IMG/VR virus record: IMGVR_UViG_3300037483_000793
Coordinates: 64,001-128,000 of that record
Reading direction: 5' to 3' (one strand)
DNA from: a virus
Length of the DNA stretch: 64,000 bases
Shown: piece by piece, positions 1-9,072 of the stretch
How the letters are laid out: each line of letters opens with the position of its first letter
Position numbering within the stretch: position 1 is the stretch's first letter
Program-made: the position numbers and the translations under genes
Notes under the pieces: generated by a model
Told to the model about the DNA's origin: nothing
Seen by the model: the letters and a program-made list of their open reading frames with translations, nothing else
Databases searched by the model: none

Positions 1-219
1 GTGTTCAAGAGTCGCGCGAAGCGCGCCGGGATACGTCACGTGTTCCCGCACCTCGCACGGCACAGCACGGTCACGTGGCTGCGTGAAGAAGGTAAGAGCG
101 CCGCCGAGGTCAGCAAGCTGACCGGGCAGACCGAACGAACGATCGAAAACATCTACACGCATGTGCGTACGCGCGGCGCCGTCAGTGCGGCGTTGCCGTC
201 GCTGGTGAAGAAGCCATGA
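1..219 (+). CDS. Tyrosine recombinase/integrase, C-terminal fragment (truncated by window start)
   Basis: HLARH (HxxRH) motif, then TGQ at the usual LGH position and IYTH carrying the nucleophilic Tyr. Confidence 0.8.
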   Translation: MFKSRAKRAGIRHVFPHLARHSTVTWLREEGKSAAEVSKLTGQTERTIENIYTHVRTRGAVSAALPSLVKKP

Positions 220-617
220 AACACGGACCCGGAGAACCGCGGATCAATCCGCAGTGCGGCTCGCAAGGCCTCGATACCGACGGTCACTGCGGGCGCTGCG
301 GCCTGATTCCGATCATGGGCGAACACTGCCCGCCAGGCTTCCTCGATCCGACTGTCGAGATGATCACGCGCGCGGCGATCCGCTACGAAAGCACGGTCTA
401 TTCGACGACGCCACCGGGACGGCACCACAACGTGATCTGGCAGATGTGTGAAGCAGGTTTGCCAAGCGAAGCATGTGCGATGCAGAACCAGGGCTTCGTG
501 ACGAGCGCGGGTCGTTTCGTCGATCGCTACGAGGGCTTTCGGATCGCAAAGGCGGCGGGCCAGCTGTGGCGCTCGCCGACGCCACCGAACATGCTGACGT
601 CCGAGGATGTGTGGTGA
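216..617 (+). CDS. Conserved phage hypothetical protein (GRHH...QGFVTSAGRFVDR...SEDVW type)
   Basis: ATGA overlap with integrase stop; motif pattern recalled from phage proteins. Confidence 0.6.
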   Translation: MKHGPGEPRINPQCGSQGLDTDGHCGRCGLIPIMGEHCPPGFLDPTVEMITRAAIRYESTVYSTTPPGRHHNVIWQMCEAGLPSEACAMQNQGFVTSAGRFVDRYEGFRIAKAAGQLWRSPTPPNMLTSEDVW

Positions 618-780
618 CACGCGCACGTAGGCCACAATCGGTGCCGCGCGAAGCGCACCGAGCGTGGCTCGAACAGAAGCTGCTCACGGATCCGTGTCCG
701 TGTTCGCGTCGTCACGCTGCGCGCGAGCTAGGCAAGGTCTGGGCGGAAGAGACACTTGAAAAGATCCAGAAGGCACTCGC

Positions 781-1119
781 GTGAACCTGAATGATCCAAG
801 TCTTGCAATCGACGTGCGGCAGTGGCGCGACGCGAACCTGCGCTTCGACGGTGCTGCCTACGTGTTCCCCGACGGTACCGACTTCGAGCGTGTACGCGCT
901 GCGATTCAAGTCGCATGGCTTGCGCAGAACTACTTCTTCGCGCTCGACCTCGCGTGTCGCTACGGTATCGACAGCGTGCTGTGCCTGCGCTGTGTGCAGC
1001 GTCACGTGCATCCAACGAACATGACGCTCATCGCGCCGACGCAAGCGACGGGAATTCCTCGCGCAGCGTGGCATTCGCTGTGCGACCACTGTTGCCTCGA
1101 TCTCATGGGTGTTCGGTGA
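781..1119 (+). CDS. AIQxAW-RYG-CLRC family Zn-ribbon protein, copy 1
   Basis: RAAIQVAW...RYG..VLCLRC...LCDHC; GTGA-coupled. Confidence 0.7.
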   Translation: MNLNDPSLAIDVRQWRDANLRFDGAAYVFPDGTDFERVRAAIQVAWLAQNYFFALDLACRYGIDSVLCLRCVQRHVHPTNMTLIAPTQATGIPRAAWHSLCDHCCLDLMGVR

Positions 1120-1367
1120 TTGCCATCCCGGATCCGTTGCCCGATGGAACACCGCTCGCTGATCTGCAGGCGGCGATTCAAGCTGCGTGGATGGCAGGCG
1201 GTCACGCGACGGTCGCGGAGCTGCTGCGACAGTACAAACTGTTCGATTGGATGTGCCCGTGCTGTGCGCGCTTGCGGTCAACACGGTTCACGAGCGCGAA
1301 TGCAGCACATCGCGACGCGCTCCTGGTCCGCCTGTGCGCATCATGCAAGAACACAGGCAAGCCGTGA
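1116..1367 (+). CDS. AIQxAW family protein, copy 2
   Basis: LQAAIQAAW...RQYKLFDWMCPCC...LCASC; GTG start overlapping previous stop. Confidence 0.7.
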   Translation: MIAIPDPLPDGTPLADLQAAIQAAWMAGGHATVAELLRQYKLFDWMCPCCARLRSTRFTSANAAHRDALLVRLCASCKNTGKP

Positions 1368-1564
1368 GCACCGAGCCCAACCTCGACGACATCGTAGCAG
1401 CGATTCAAGCTGCCGCTGCCGTTGACGATAGTCGCCTCGCACGTGAAATCATGGAGCGCTATGGGCTCCGTCTTTGCGTGAGGTGTACCGTGCCGTTGAA
1501 GCATCAACGCGACTGGTGGTTGTGCGGTGAGTGCACGCATACGTGGCCGTGGGTACTGCCGTGA
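1364..1564 (+). CDS. AIQxAW family protein, copy 3
   Basis: VAAIQAAAA...MERYGLRLCVRC...LCGEC; GTGA overlap. Confidence 0.7.
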   Translation: MSTEPNLDDIVAAIQAAAAVDDSRLAREIMERYGLRLCVRCTVPLKHQRDWWLCGECTHTWPWVLP

Positions 1565-1845
1565 AGGCCGACAGCGATCACTTCGGTGCCGCACTCTGGC
1601 CGACGGAGTTTCCCGACGGCGCAAGCAAAGAAAACATCCAGTCGGCGATTCAACTCGCGTGGCTTGCGGGCGATGTGAAGCTCGGCCGCGAGATCGCTGA
1701 GCGCTACGGCGTGTTCGGTCGCGTTTGTCTTCGCTGCGCGACCGGCGGCTTGTCGATCTTGCCGCCCAACAAGAAACGTCCCGACCGGATTCTGTATCAC
1801 CTCTGTGATCACTGTGGACACGACGAGATGCACGGACCTGTGTGA
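1561..1845 (+). CDS. AIQxAW family protein, copy 4
   Basis: IQSAIQLAW...AERYGVFGRVCLRC...LCDHC; GTGA overlap. Confidence 0.7.
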   Translation: MKADSDHFGAALWPTEFPDGASKENIQSAIQLAWLAGDVKLGREIAERYGVFGRVCLRCATGGLSILPPNKKRPDRILYHLCDHCGHDEMHGPV

Positions 1846-2258
1846 TCCAGCGCTACAAGGAACCGGTGTTCGCTGATGACTTGATCATCGATGACAGCGC
1901 GATCGCTGACATCCAAGCGGCGATTCAAGCCGCGTGGCGTGCCGATCCTGCGTACGCTGTGCAGCTCGCGCAGCGCTATGGGCTCTACGACAAGATTTGC
2001 TTGCGCTGCGTCGAGCGCGGGCTCACTGCACTCGAACCGTCATCAATCGTGAAGAGCGCGCTGGGTGCGCTCGCCTATCAGCTCTGCATCAACTGCGTCG
2101 CCTTGGAAGCACGCGAACGCCGCCGACCAGGCAAGCCCGTCAACTTCGGCGTGCCGTGTGTTCAGTGCGCCCAACCGGCAACGCAGCGCGTAGGGGCCTT
2201 CGGCGACCACTTCCACTTTTGCGATCCCTGCTTCGACCGCAAGGTTCGTGGTGGGTGA
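1842..2258 (+). CDS. AIQxAW family protein, copy 5 (extra CxxC pairs)
   Basis: IQAAIQAAW...AQRYGLYDKICLRC...LCINC...CVQC...CDPC. Confidence 0.7.
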   Translation: MIQRYKEPVFADDLIIDDSAIADIQAAIQAAWRADPAYAVQLAQRYGLYDKICLRCVERGLTALEPSSIVKSALGALAYQLCINCVALEARERRRPGKPVNFGVPCVQCAQPATQRVGAFGDHFHFCDPCFDRKVRGG

Positions 2259-2304
2259 ATCCTCTTTTCTGTGCCCCAGGACTGCGATACAAGCAGCGAG
2301 CAAC

Positions 2305-3451
2305 ATGACACCCGAAGTCGAAGTACCTGTACCTGATCACTTGACGCCAACGGAAGAGGCTACGGCCAACGCCGTCGAGGCGGAATTCGAAGCGCTGTTT
2401 GATCGCTGGGGCGAGCGTGGGTTTCCGCGCTCGGTCGTCGTGCCGATGGCGCTGATTGTCGCCGTCGACGCAGCCAAGAAGTCCGGCGTTTCGTTCGAGA
2501 GTGCGGTCGAGACGCTCAAGATGATCTGGCACGGCGCCAACGAGCCGAGCTGAGGCGTCGTGTCTACCAAGCTGATTCAGAAGTGCGACTGCTGCGGCAC
2601 CGAACACAGCTACGACAACGAGAACGGTATCGCCGGTATCACGAGCGTTCCACAGTGGGGCAGCTTGTCGACGATGAGCACGACGATGGGTCCTGCAACC
2701 TTCGATCTCTGCGACGTCTGCACAAAGCGCGTGACGGACCTGCTCGAATTGGCGCCACCGGAACCGCACACGATCAGCCGTCGACTCGGCGGCTACCACG
2801 CGATCCCGATGGTCGGTCAGGTCGGGCGGGTACAGCGTCTTCCTCTCGGTGGACCTGTGCAGTCGATTGGTGGGCTCATGCAGTCGTCGTATCCGCTGCC
2901 ACCACTGCCACCGGGCATGCTGAGCGAGCTGGAAGGCGAGTACGTGTTCGATCCACCAATCGCACCCGGCGTCGACACCAGCACAGGCCTGTTCACGTGC
3001 CCGAAGTGCAGTGCGCAGCGCAACTGCCAGAGCTTCAACCCCGTGTGCATTGCGTGCGGATACCAGGATCCGGATCCGAAGTACCGGTGAGCGACTGGCG
3101 CCAGAACATGGCTGACGCACTCGCTGCGGGTGGCTGCAAATCGCAGACAGAGTGGGTCGCGAAGTTCCCGGGCGTGCATTGTTGGTTTGAATTTCGCGGC
3201 TTCGACTCGTGCGCCAGCTGTGGCGTATGCCGACCGTACGACGACAACAAGTGCAAGCCGTGTCGCGGTATCGTCAAGATCGAGCTGCGATGAAGCACGC
3301 GACCGTCAGCGCCGGGCACGCCACGTACGACGACGCCTTCGCTGTCGCTGTTGGGATCGTCCACACGGCGCGCAAAGAGTCATGGCGGGGCCGTGTACGC
3401 ATCAAGTACCGCAAGCGCACGCAGACCTTCGACGTGCAGGTCCCGGCATGA
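2305..3451 (+). other. Run of small hypothetical CDSs (2305-2553, 2560-3090, 3087-3293, 3290-3451), several with CxxC motifs
   Basis: Closely spaced or overlapping same-strand ORFs. Confidence 0.55.
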
Positions 3452-3642
3452 AGTTCCCCAAGCGGCCCACCGGGCGCCTGCGGCGCGTTGGCTTACGTAC
3501 CAATGCCGGTTGGTGCGTGCCCGTCGACGTCGACGCCAAGGGCTGGGTCTGGACGTCGAGCCCGCGCGAGGTCATGCACCCGTACCGCGTCGAGGCTGCC
3601 CAACGGTGTCCGTTGCCACGTCGATCGCGCACGCGATCGTGA
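3448..3642 (+). CDS. Small basic protein with two Cys and Arg-rich tail
   Basis: ATGA-coupled; MKFPKRP...WC...RCPLPRRSRTRS. Confidence 0.5.
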   Translation: MKFPKRPTGRLRRVGLRTNAGWCVPVDVDAKGWVWTSSPREVMHPYRVEAAQRCPLPRRSRTRS

Positions 3643-3657
3643 TACGCTGAGGCCACC

Positions 3658-4098
3658 ATGGCGCGGTTTCGAGGCACAAAAATCACCGGCAACTGGTGGG
3701 ACAAGCACAAGGATCGCGGCGACGGCAAACGTTGCGAGATCACAGGCGGCGGCGGTGAGCACGGGACGCCCGGCGCGAAGATCGGTATCCACGACGTGAA
3801 GCAGTGTGCGGATACCTGCAAGAGCCACTTCTTCGAGCCCGCCACGATGCGGTTCTTCAGTTCGCGTGTCGCCGATACGGCGTACCAGGATGGCCGTGGC
3901 GGTGCGTTCTTCACGACCAGTGAAAAGGGCCCCAACGGTGTCCGTGCCTACTCGGTGCGGCACTACGACCCCGAGCGCTGCGGCGTCGACACCGTCGGCA
4001 AGTTCCAGAGCTACCACTCGATGGCGGCTGCACAGACGGCCGCGAAACGCGCCGCGAGCAAGGGCGCGCTTGGTCGTCGTCGTCGCAAGCGTCGCTAG
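3658..4098 (+). CDS. Basic protein with HFF..TMRFFSSRV phage motif and ALG-RRRRKRR tail (putative virion core protein)
   Basis: Motif recalled from phage proteins; 4 Cys; preceded by GATCGC-N4-GCGATC and TGA-TACGCT. Confidence 0.65.
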   Translation: MARFRGTKITGNWWDKHKDRGDGKRCEITGGGGEHGTPGAKIGIHDVKQCADTCKSHFFEPATMRFFSSRVADTAYQDGRGGAFFTTSEKGPNGVRAYSVRHYDPERCGVDTVGKFQSYHSMAAAQTAAKRAASKGALGRRRRKRR

Positions 4099-4368
4099 CT
4101 AGGCGCTCTCGGCGTTCTGCGCGCGCTGGATCTCGTCGAGCTTACGCATGATGATCTCGGCGAGCGGCTTGAGCATCTCGAAGAGGTCCGGGCCCGCGCT
4201 TTCGACCTTGCTCGACGACGGCGGTACGTGACTGGAGTCGTACTTGGTCGTGATCGTGATCTTGAGCGGGCCGTGGATCTCGAACGTCCGGGTCTCGGTC
4301 GATGTGTACGGACCGGGCTCGGGGGGCGTTTCGGCGGCAGCCGCGCCGGGCAGGAGATCGGGCATGCG
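4099..4368 (-). CDS. Hypothetical protein
   Basis: Fills gap between convergent genes; plausible composition. Confidence 0.45.
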   Translation of the reverse strand, partial: RMPDLLPGAAAAETPPEPGPYTSTETRTFEIHGPLKITITTKYDSSHVPPSSSKVESAGPDLFEMLKPLAEIIMRKLDEIQRAQNAESA

Positions 4369-4431
4369 TGCCAGGTAAGGCTGAGGCACGTACTGTCAAG
4401 GCCAGAACGTGCGCCGCCGCAGGCGGCCCGG

Positions 4432-4743
4432 TTACTTGTCGTACGCCGAACGGCGCATGCACGGACCCGAACCGAAGCTCGTGACCGCGTCGTGGATCTT
4501 CTGCCCAACGTCGATCATCGACTTCGGGACGCCGTGCTCACCTTGGGATGTCGACACCACATGTTCGTAAGCACGCGCGTAGTTCTGACTCGCGCGATTG
4601 AGCCGACCGTACACAGCGAGACAACTTTCGGTGTCCTTCGCGCTTGCGAGATCGAGCTTGGCGCGGCGCAGATAGTCGCGTGCGAGCTGCTCGTGGGTGC
4701 GGTCCGTGGAGCCGAGGGCTTTGCGTTTACGCTTCCGTGCCAT
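4432..4743 (-). CDS. Basic protein with MARKRKRKALG N-terminus, 2 Cys
   Basis: TATCAT -10 five nt before ATG; palindrome upstream. Confidence 0.65.
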   Translation of the reverse strand: MARKRKRKALGSTDRTHEQLARDYLRRAKLDLASAKDTESCLAVYGRLNRASQNYARAYEHVVSTSQGEHGVPKSMIDVGQKIHDAVTSFGSGPCMRRSAYDK

Positions 4744-4775
4744 GCCCGATGATAGCCGATCGCTCGCGCGATCCG

Positions 4776-5045
4776 CTACCGCCGCGGTGGCGTGACGTAC
4801 CGAGCGCAGGTCTGGAAGTCCTCAACGAAGCCTTCGCTGCCACTGGCTTTGAGATCGGGGATGAGGGTTCCGCGAAGGAAACGTACGAACTTCGCGTCGG
4901 TCTTGCCCGCTGAAATCAGCCGCGCACACTTCTGGAGATCCTGTGCGGTATGTGTACGCCCCGACGCTTTGGTATCGGGGATGATCGTGTGCCGCAGATA
5001 GTTCAGATACGCGCGCCGTTGCTTCGATAGTTTGCGTCTGGGCAT
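4776..5045 (-). CDS. Basic two-repeat protein (LRxTxIPDxKASG...CAR twice)
   Basis: Internal tandem duplication; TACCAT -10 seven nt before ATG. Confidence 0.7.
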   Translation of the reverse strand: MPRRKLSKQRRAYLNYLRHTIIPDTKASGRTHTAQDLQKCARLISAGKTDAKFVRFLRGTLIPDLKASGSEGFVEDFQTCARYVTPPRR

Positions 5046-5092
5046 GTCCATGATGGTACCGGATCGCGGACACGATCTGGTAGGCTCCCAGG

Positions 5093-5326
5093 ATGGCGAA
5101 GCGCAGACGCAAACGAGCACAGATGGCCGGTGACCGCCCACTTGTGGATGCGATTCGTGCCGGTTGTCGCGTGACGATCGTTGATCGATTCGGCAAGCAA
5201 CGCACTGGGCGCGCGGTCATGAAGGGCCCTGCAGGTTGGGTCTTGAACATGGGCGGTCGTTACGGCACGCCGGGCATCGCGAGCGATGACAACGTCACCA
5301 ACGTTCGCTGCACGAAGAGGAAATGA
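5093..5326 (+). CDS. Small basic protein, MAKRRRKR N-terminus, 2 Cys
   Basis: TGG-TAGGCT six nt before ATG. Confidence 0.65.
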   Translation: MAKRRRKRAQMAGDRPLVDAIRAGCRVTIVDRFGKQRTGRAVMKGPAGWVLNMGGRYGTPGIASDDNVTNVRCTKRK

Positions 5327-5601
5327 CCGTGGCCATCAAGAAGATTCACGAGACGCCTGTCGGTGCGAAGTGCGCCGTGCGTATCTATCGCAACTACGAG
5401 TACGACGAGTACATCGTGAAGTCGGTCGTCAACGGAAAGGTTCAAGGCGGTAAGGACGGCGGCTACTTCACGTCTGACAAGGCCGACGCGCACGGCACGG
5501 CTGCCTTTGAAGTGAAGCGGTTGCAGGCACGTCCGGCTTGTCAGGTGTCGCTCGCAGCTCGTCCGCGTCGTCGCCGTAAGAAGCAGAAGCGTCGTGGGTG
5601 A
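5323..5601 (+). CDS. Small basic protein with YFTSDKADAHGTA motif and Arg/Lys tail, 2 Cys
   Basis: ATGA-coupled; ends LAARPRRRRKKQKRRG. Confidence 0.65.
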   Translation: MTVAIKKIHETPVGAKCAVRIYRNYEYDEYIVKSVVNGKVQGGKDGGYFTSDKADAHGTAAFEVKRLQARPACQVSLAARPRRRRKKQKRRG

Positions 5602-5866
5602 CAGTGACATCGGCAACTGCTTTATCTGCGGCGAAAAGGCGCAGTACGCGCACTTCTACGACATCAGCGTCGGTCACTTCGTCAGTGGCGGCGAACCGCG
5701 GACGTGTGCGGCGTGCAGTGACAAACTGCACGAGATGACCGACGAACAACGCCGCAAGCTCTTCGAGATCTTCGAGACGCTGCCCGAAGCGCCAAACGAG
5801 AGCGGCGACCTCCTCGGTGACACGCTCGCGCGCAGCGAAGAATTCAAAAATCGCGGGCGCGCGTGA
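5594..5866 (+). CDS. CxxC...CxxC Zn-finger hypothetical protein
   Basis: CFIC and CAAC pairs; overlaps upstream stop. Confidence 0.55.
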   Translation: MGDSDIGNCFICGEKAQYAHFYDISVGHFVSGGEPRTCAACSDKLHEMTDEQRRKLFEIFETLPEAPNESGDLLGDTLARSEEFKNRGRA

Positions 5867-5900
5867 AGCGGAAGCAGAGCACCTAACTCCACTTCCGCTT
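5866..5900. terminator. Possible hairpin between convergent gene blocks
   Basis: AAGCGGAAG ... CTTCCGCTT inverted repeat; no clear U-tract. Confidence 0.3.
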
Positions 5901-6068
5901 ACGACCTCCTTACGGGCATACAGCTCCTCACTTTCTGGTTCGTCGTCGAGAAAAAGGGTCCGTGGGCGGGATCGGCCCCCACGGTTGAACACACCACCGA
6001 TCTGGCGCCGCGAGCATCCCTGCAATGCTTCGCTCGCGGTCGACTTGCCTGCTTCTGCAGGAGGGCAA

Positions 6069-6485
6069 CTACTTCGACAGTGCGTGCACTGTCCAAAACG
6101 TCCGACTTGCGGACACGTCCTTGCAACCGGGATCATCCGGTTCCTGCGGCGCGAGTGGGCCGCCGTACATCGTAAAAACGATGCACGTATGCTCGTCGTG
6201 CGGTCCGGCGATCACTGTCACCGTACGCATCTGCTGCAGCGGCCGATCGACGAGGCGCGAGTTCCAGGCGCGCGTTCCGCGCTTGGCATACGTGACCTCG
6301 CTCTCCTCGACGGGCGCCCCACCGGTCAACGGGCCGTGTAGTCCACACGGGACAGTTCCCAGTGCTTCCGGCAGCTCGACCGTCTCGATGAAGAACGCGT
6401 CGCGATCTGCGAAGCGCTTCATCATGAAATCGATCTGCTCGGCCGACAGGCCGTGGTCGAAGTGACTTTCTTTGTGTTTCTTCAT
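6069..6485 (-). CDS. Conserved phage hypothetical protein
   Basis: Strong SD (AAAGGAGGTGA); motif VPCGLHGP...RxWNSRLV...TMYGGPLAPQEP. Confidence 0.75.
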   Translation of the reverse strand: MKKHKESHFDHGLSAEQIDFMMKRFADRDAFFIETVELPEALGTVPCGLHGPLTGGAPVEESEVTYAKRGTRAWNSRLVDRPLQQMRTVTVIAGPHDEHTCIVFTMYGGPLAPQEPDDPGCKDVSASRTFWTVHALSK

Positions 6486-6536
6486 GTTTCACCTCCTTTC
6501 TATTTCGTAGACGCCGCTCAGCGGCGTTTCTGACAG

Positions 6537-6875
6537 TCAAACGTTCTTCGTCGTCCGGATCTGAGAGCTGAGATCACGTCGCGCGGTTGCGAGCGCCTCA
6601 GTCCATGCCTTGCGGTTCTGCGCGTCACACGGGCCCACGAGTGCAAGTTCGGCCTTCGCGATGAACACTTCGATCGCGCGCTGCCGTGACGTGAAGTAGT
6701 AGCCGAGCGGGTGCGAACCCTGTGTGTCGAGTTCAGCGACGCGCAAGATCATCCCTGCAATGCCCTTGTAGATCACGATCTCCGTCGGGATTCGGTGCTC
6801 GACGGGATACGTCTGCAACCCCAACAGCGGCTGGTACGTAAACACGCGCTTGATCTTCTTGAACCGCATCTTCAT
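6537..6875 (-). CDS. Hypothetical protein
   Basis: Upstream of 6069-6485 on same strand, divergent from promoter at 7033. Confidence 0.55.
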   Translation of the reverse strand: MKMRFKKIKRVFTYQPLLGLQTYPVEHRIPTEIVIYKGIAGMILRVAELDTQGSHPLGYYFTSRQRAIEVFIAKAELALVGPCDAQNRKAWTEALATARRDLSSQIRTTKNV

Positions 6876-7032
6876 GTCCTATGACGGTGACCGGGTGCTG
6901 CTTCTGACAGCGAAAACGCACGACCCGATCTTTTTCTGAGAGTTGCCGACCACAATTCATAGGACGCACCGAATGCCTCGAATCGGACAGCCGAACGTGA
7001 AAAACTTTTCGTGAGCGGGGATCGCTAGTTAA

Positions 7033-7071
7033 CAACTTACTCTTGCTTTGTAGAATAACCGCAGGCATCAT
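7033..7071 (+). promoter_or_regulatory. Class 1 early promoter cassette CAACTTACTCTTGCTTTG..GAATA (TTGCTT-N17-CATCAT)
   Basis: AT-rich motif repeated at 10743, 11781, 17849, 44989. Confidence 0.7.
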
Positions 7072-7086
7072 GATGTCTACAAAGCC

Positions 7087-7911
7087 ATGAACGTCCTCGA
7101 ACGCATCAAGAAGTTGCTCCGGCTCGCGCAGAACGCGGGCAGCGAGCACGAGGCCGCGAACGCTGCGCGTCGTGCCGCACAGTTGATGGCGCTGCACCAG
7201 ATCCACGAGGCGTCGGTCAACCTCGACGGCCCCGACGAGGTCCGTGCCGTCGAAGAGATCGCGCAGTGCCACGAGGTCACGTACACCAAGAAGCGCGTCG
7301 CATGGCACATCCGGATCGCGTCGGCTGTCGCTGCGAGCTACGGCGCCGAGATGTACACGATGGGTGGTTACAGCGAGGAGCGCGAGAACGGAATTCGGTT
7401 CTTCGGGCGGCTCAGCGCGGTGCAGGCAGCGGCGTACACGACGCAGTACCTGATCCGCGAGGTCGAGACGATCACTGACAAGCAGGCACCCCAGAGTTTG
7501 TACGCGCGCCGCTACCGCAACGCGTTCCGGCTCGGGTGCGCGTCGCGCATCGGCGCGCGCATCAATGAAGAGACGCAGGCCGAGAAGCAGAAGCTCAGCA
7601 AGCGCCGCAAGCAGGCTGAACGGTTCGAGGACACGCACGATGTCTCGGATGAGAGCGGCGACGAGCGGCCCGATCTCGACAATGTCCCGACGCCTCCGGC
7701 GAGTGCGGGCGTGCTCGCGCGCGTCGAGAAGGACCGCGAGGAAGTCACGCAGGCCTACAAGAACTACTCCAAGAAGTGGGGTCGCTCGACCGGTGTCGGT
7801 ACCGTGTCGTCGGGCAGCGGTTACACGGCCGGGAAAGCGGCCGGTGATCGCGTGAAGCTCGGCAACCGTGCGCGTGGTGGGCTGCCCAAGGGTCAGGACG
7901 TGCTGCGGTGA
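7087..7911 (+). CDS. DUF2786-domain protein
   Basis: N-terminal VLERIKKLLRLA...EHEAANAARRAAQLMALHQI typical of DUF2786. Confidence 0.8.
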   Translation: MNVLERIKKLLRLAQNAGSEHEAANAARRAAQLMALHQIHEASVNLDGPDEVRAVEEIAQCHEVTYTKKRVAWHIRIASAVAASYGAEMYTMGGYSEERENGIRFFGRLSAVQAAAYTTQYLIREVETITDKQAPQSLYARRYRNAFRLGCASRIGARINEETQAEKQKLSKRRKQAERFEDTHDVSDESGDERPDLDNVPTPPASAGVLARVEKDREEVTQAYKNYSKKWGRSTGVGTVSSGSGYTAGKAAGDRVKLGNRARGGLPKGQDVLR

Positions 7912-8653
7912 GCAAGCTGTTTCAGACCCGCTGCGCGTGCGGCCGTCGCTGGATCGACTGCAACGGACAACACACCGAGTGCAAGCAGCCGATGTTGTCG
8001 GCTACGGATCGCGCGACGGGTCGCACCTACTTCGACAGTCGTACGACGTCGTATGGGATGCTGGTCGGCTCGCTCGCGTGCGAACACTGCGACGGCGAGC
8101 GCCAGCGCCTCGTGCGCAATGATCACCTGCGCGGCTGGGTTTGCCCGCCGTGCGACAGCTCGCTCGACGAGATGCTCCAGGAAGGAGCGTGCGTGCCATG
8201 AACCCGTACTACAACATCCGGCCGCGTTACACGCCGGGCTCGCCCGCGATGGTCTACGACAACCCGACAGCTTCGCGTGTCGCGAAGTCGGAGAAGGCGT
8301 TCTACGAGGATGCGCTCACCGGCATCCTGGGTGCCGCGCTGAAGGAGCGCGCCGAGCGCGAAGGGCTCAAGGGTATCGTCGAGCGCGTGCTGCGCGAGCG
8401 CCGCGAGAACCGTGTGAACGGCTTCGTCGTGTACGACCTGATCACGTGCGAGGAGTACTGGCGTCCGCAGCGGATGCGCGACGACAGCGACGCCGAGCCG
8501 GACTGCCTCTACGAAGAGGACCATCAGGTTGATCATATGACGCTGCACTTTCAGACGGGTGAGAACAACACGGTGTTGATCGGCGCGAAGTGCAAGCTCT
8601 GTGGTCGCGTCGGTCGCACGCAGCCGCTCGGCCTTACGTTCGGAGAATCGTGA
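7908..8653 (+). other. Two hypothetical CDSs (7908-8201 Cys-rich; 8198-8653)
   Basis: Coupled overlaps. Confidence 0.55.
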
Positions 8654-9072
8654 TGAAGCAGCAGGACGTCATCGAACACTGGGCCGAGCGTTGGCGTAGC
8701 TTGGCGGCGTGGCGTGCGGTGATCCCGATGCGGATCACATGCAAGACGCGCAAGACGAAACGGCGCGCAGGCACCGCATGGAGCCACGAGGGTCGCGCAG
8801 TCGTGTACATGACGAACGATCTCGCGTACGACCTCGCGACGGTACTGCACGAGCTGGCGCACCTCGCCGCACCCAACAGCGAACACCACGGCGAGCACTG
8901 GCGCAAGCTGTTTGTCGCCGCTGCAGTCGAGGCGCTCGGTGGCCCGGACGACTACGAGACCGACGACGTCAGCTACGGCGAGTTGGATGCGCAGGTCGAG
9001 GACGCGGTCCGTGCATGGCTCAAGCGCACCGGCCAAGAGGTTGTCCTGCGCGCAATCGGAGTCGCACCGTGA
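8653..9072 (+). CDS. SprT-like/zincin HExxH metalloprotease-domain protein
   Basis: TVLHELAHLAAPNSEHHGEHWRKLF. Confidence 0.7.
   Translation: MKQQDVIEHWAERWRSLAAWRAVIPMRITCKTRKTKRRAGTAWSHEGRAVVYMTNDLAYDLATVLHELAHLAAPNSEHHGEHWRKLFVAAAVEALGGPDDYETDDVSYGELDAQVEDAVRAWLKRTGQEVVLRAIGVAP

Noticed and set aside
781-2258. Diversity-generating retroelement or CRISPR-like explanation for the AIQxAW array
   Set aside because: No reverse transcriptase or cas gene seen; DNA identity limited to about 10 bp; differences are not adenine-specific; all units are coding
5468-6136. AEAGKST P-loop-like string in a minus-strand ORF
   Set aside because: ORF overlaps better-supported genes on both strands and shows no Walker B context
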